NCBI GenBank assembly: GCA_944387535.1
Contig: CALXFI010000004.1
Span: 1-53,673 of the forward strand
Source of the DNA: an uncultured Clostridia bacterium
GTDB lineage: Bacteria > Bacillota > Clostridia > TANB77 > CAG-508
Direction: 5' to 3'
Length of the DNA stretch: 53,673 nucleotides
The notes under the pieces were generated by a model, which did no database searches, was not told the DNA's origin, and saw only the letters and a program-made list of their open reading frames with translations. A program made the translations under genes and the position numbers. Shown here piece after piece: positions 52,084-53,673 of the stretch (positions are counted from its first letter, which is position 1; the number at the start of each line of letters is the position of its first letter).

Positions 52084-53226
52084 ATGTTTTTTAAAAAGTT
52101 TAAAAAAAGTGAAAGAGGTTCTATTACAATATTTGTACTTTCAACAATGTTGTTAGTAATAGGGGTTGTTTTTGTTTCCTATTTTTCTATGATGAATAAG
52201 AGTGCATCACAAGCAGTAGAGCTGAATAAGATACAAGGAGAATACAACCAGACAGATAGTGATATGGCACAAATTTATGAAGAAAGTAAATCATTTGCTG
52301 TGGGAGAAATATCAGAGAAAAATGAAGAGTATACAGATGTGGATGGTAATGTAGCAATAATACCAGCAGGATTTAAGATAGTATCAGGAAATGAAAAAAT
52401 AAATGATGGGTTAGTAATACAAGATGAAGATGAAAATGAATTTGTATGGATACCAGTAGAAATAGCGGTAGCTAATACAGAAGAAAATGGAACAAATAAT
52501 AAAGCAATGGCAATAAAAGATGGAAATAATTATAAAGGATTATTATATGATTTTTCAGAAAGCGGTTCAACAGTAATAAGTGGCTGCACAACAAGCACAG
52601 ATAGTTATCATGAACCTGACATAGCAAGTGATTATGATAATGATACAAGTTATAATAATGGATCATTCACAAAAGATAGTTTACAACAAGAATATAATAA
52701 AATGATAGAAAGTGTAGAAAAATACCATGGATTCTATGTAAGTAGATATGAATTGGGATTAGAAGGAACAACACCTGTAAGTAAAAATGCAAGTACAAAT
52801 ACAGAAGTTACAACAGCTGATAGTAACAATTCAAACACTTATATGTGGTATGGCTTATATAGTAAGTGTAAAGAATTTGCGCCACAGAGTAGTAATAAAT
52901 CAGTAGTAAGTAGTATGATATGGGGAAGTCAATATGATGCAATGATGAATTGGATGCAAGAACAGGGAAATGCAATTGGAACAGCAAATGATGATAAAAT
53001 AAATACAACGCAGGTAACTGGAAGCAATTTAAAGGATGTAATAGAAAATGTATTTGACCTTTATGGTTGCCATAGAGATTGGACATTAGAAGTAAGTTCT
53101 ACTAATCTTCGTGTTTATTATGGAGGAGATCATAGTAACAGTATTTCACCTAGTAACTATGTTGCTAGTAGTCCACTTGATACTAGTACTGATGTTTCTA
53201 CACGTATTGCTTTGTATATAAAATAG
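52084..53226 (+). CDS. Pilin-like N-terminus fused to an FGE-sulfatase/C-type-lectin-like domain
   Basis: KKSERG|SITIFVL.. prepilin-like leader plus hydrophobic helix; IPAGF, GLVIQD, NEFVWIPV, GFYVSRYE, DLYG..DWT..RV..GG..R motifs. Confidence 0.65.
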   Translation: MFFKKFKKSERGSITIFVLSTMLLVIGVVFVSYFSMMNKSASQAVELNKIQGEYNQTDSDMAQIYEESKSFAVGEISEKNEEYTDVDGNVAIIPAGFKIVSGNEKINDGLVIQDEDENEFVWIPVEIAVANTEENGTNNKAMAIKDGNNYKGLLYDFSESGSTVISGCTTSTDSYHEPDIASDYDNDTSYNNGSFTKDSLQQEYNKMIESVEKYHGFYVSRYELGLEGTTPVSKNASTNTEVTTADSNNSNTYMWYGLYSKCKEFAPQSSNKSVVSSMIWGSQYDAMMNWMQEQGNAIGTANDDKINTTQVTGSNLKDVIENVFDLYGCHRDWTLEVSSTNLRVYYGGDHSNSISPSNYVASSPLDTSTDVSTRIALYIK

Positions 53227-53391
53227 ATTGTACCAGTAAAATAAAAATATGCTAAAAATAAACAGAATAATAAAGCAAAAGAAATAAAATAATAAAAAGA
53301 ATATGTTAGAAATTTAGATAATCTGATTAATTTAAATTTGTGTTTGAATTAGTTAGATTATTATTATTTTGTATCCTATTTTATAAGAAAG

Positions 53392-53673
53392 GAGCGTAAA
53401 ACCCACTACCTTTAGGTGGTGGGATATAAGCGACTAATTTTTGAGATTCGTAAAATTAAATTGTTTGATAAAAATATTGAAATTAGATATAATAAACACC
53501 TAAAGAAATTCTGTAGATGAAGGAGGTGTAAAATGTGTATCTGACTGTAAAACAACAAGTAAAACATTTGTCTAAGAAAGAATATAAAACAATAAGAGAA
53601 CTTTGTCATATAGCAAAAAATCTAACTAATCAAGCAATATACAATATAAGACAATACTATTTTGCTGAAGGAA
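53392..53673 (+). mobile_element. IS200/IS605-family (tnpB-first, IS1341-like) element, truncated by the window end
   Basis: Left-end hairpin CCCACTACCTTTAGGTGGTGGG followed by a tnpB start. Confidence 0.8.
53535..53673 (+). CDS. tnpB: TnpB RNA-guided endonuclease, N-terminal part (partial)
   Basis: AGGAGGT RBS, GTG start, MYLTVKQQVKHLSKKEYKTIRELCHIAKNLTNQAIYNIRQYYF resembles firmicute TnpB N-termini. Confidence 0.8.
   Translation, partial: MYLTVKQQVKHLSKKEYKTIRELCHIAKNLTNQAIYNIRQYYFAEG

Noticed and set aside
737-53226. Recoding at AGG or CGA codons, or stop-codon reassignment
   Set aside because: AGG and CGA occur in frame at conserved Arg positions of intact genes (radC ERPY, mrdA ILDR, htpX EDRI), and genes end at ordinary stops.
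658-53609. Numerous short antisense or overlapping ORFs in the track (e.g. 2066..2392, 2411..2923, 6840..7241, 8082..8486, 20120..20548, 35500..35973, 53412..53609)
   Set aside because: They are shadows of well-supported genes on the opposite strand, with no RBS or recognisable motifs.
1-53673. tRNA, rRNA or CRISPR-Cas loci
   Set aside because: No cloverleaf, rRNA-like or repeat-spacer pattern seen; any tRNA behind the CGG effect would lie outside this window.

Overview
AT-rich chromosomal window from a spore-forming Clostridia-like firmicute (taxonomy inferred from gene content only). It carries DUF4321-radC-mreBCD-mrdA, a miniature IS200/IS605 relic, an Rpn (PD-(D/E)XK) gene with a duplicated C-terminal ORF, minC, three giant SdrD-B/DUF11-type surface-protein genes, spoIIE, a WG-repeat protein, acpS, tatD, sua5, htpX-lemA, a G5/3D protein, two NUDIX genes, an exonuclease III gene, an AI-2E transporter, rpoBC, gdpP, a pilin-like/CLec-like gene and the start of a tnpB element. 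Main observation: all four split genes (mreD, mrdA, spoIIE, WG-repeat gene) are repaired by the same event. Each has an in-frame CGG codon followed by a purine (CGG-G or CGG-A); skipping one base gives a Gly codon and restores a full-length protein. My manual scan found no in-frame CGG in any intact gene. This points to a possible lineage-wide recoding rule (CGG as a vacant codon causing +1 frameshifting or four-base decoding). Assembly error must be excluded first. Also notable: the 2.9-kaa surface protein looks like an in-frame polyprotein fusion of the two upstream paralogues, with an internal anchor followed by a second signal peptide.
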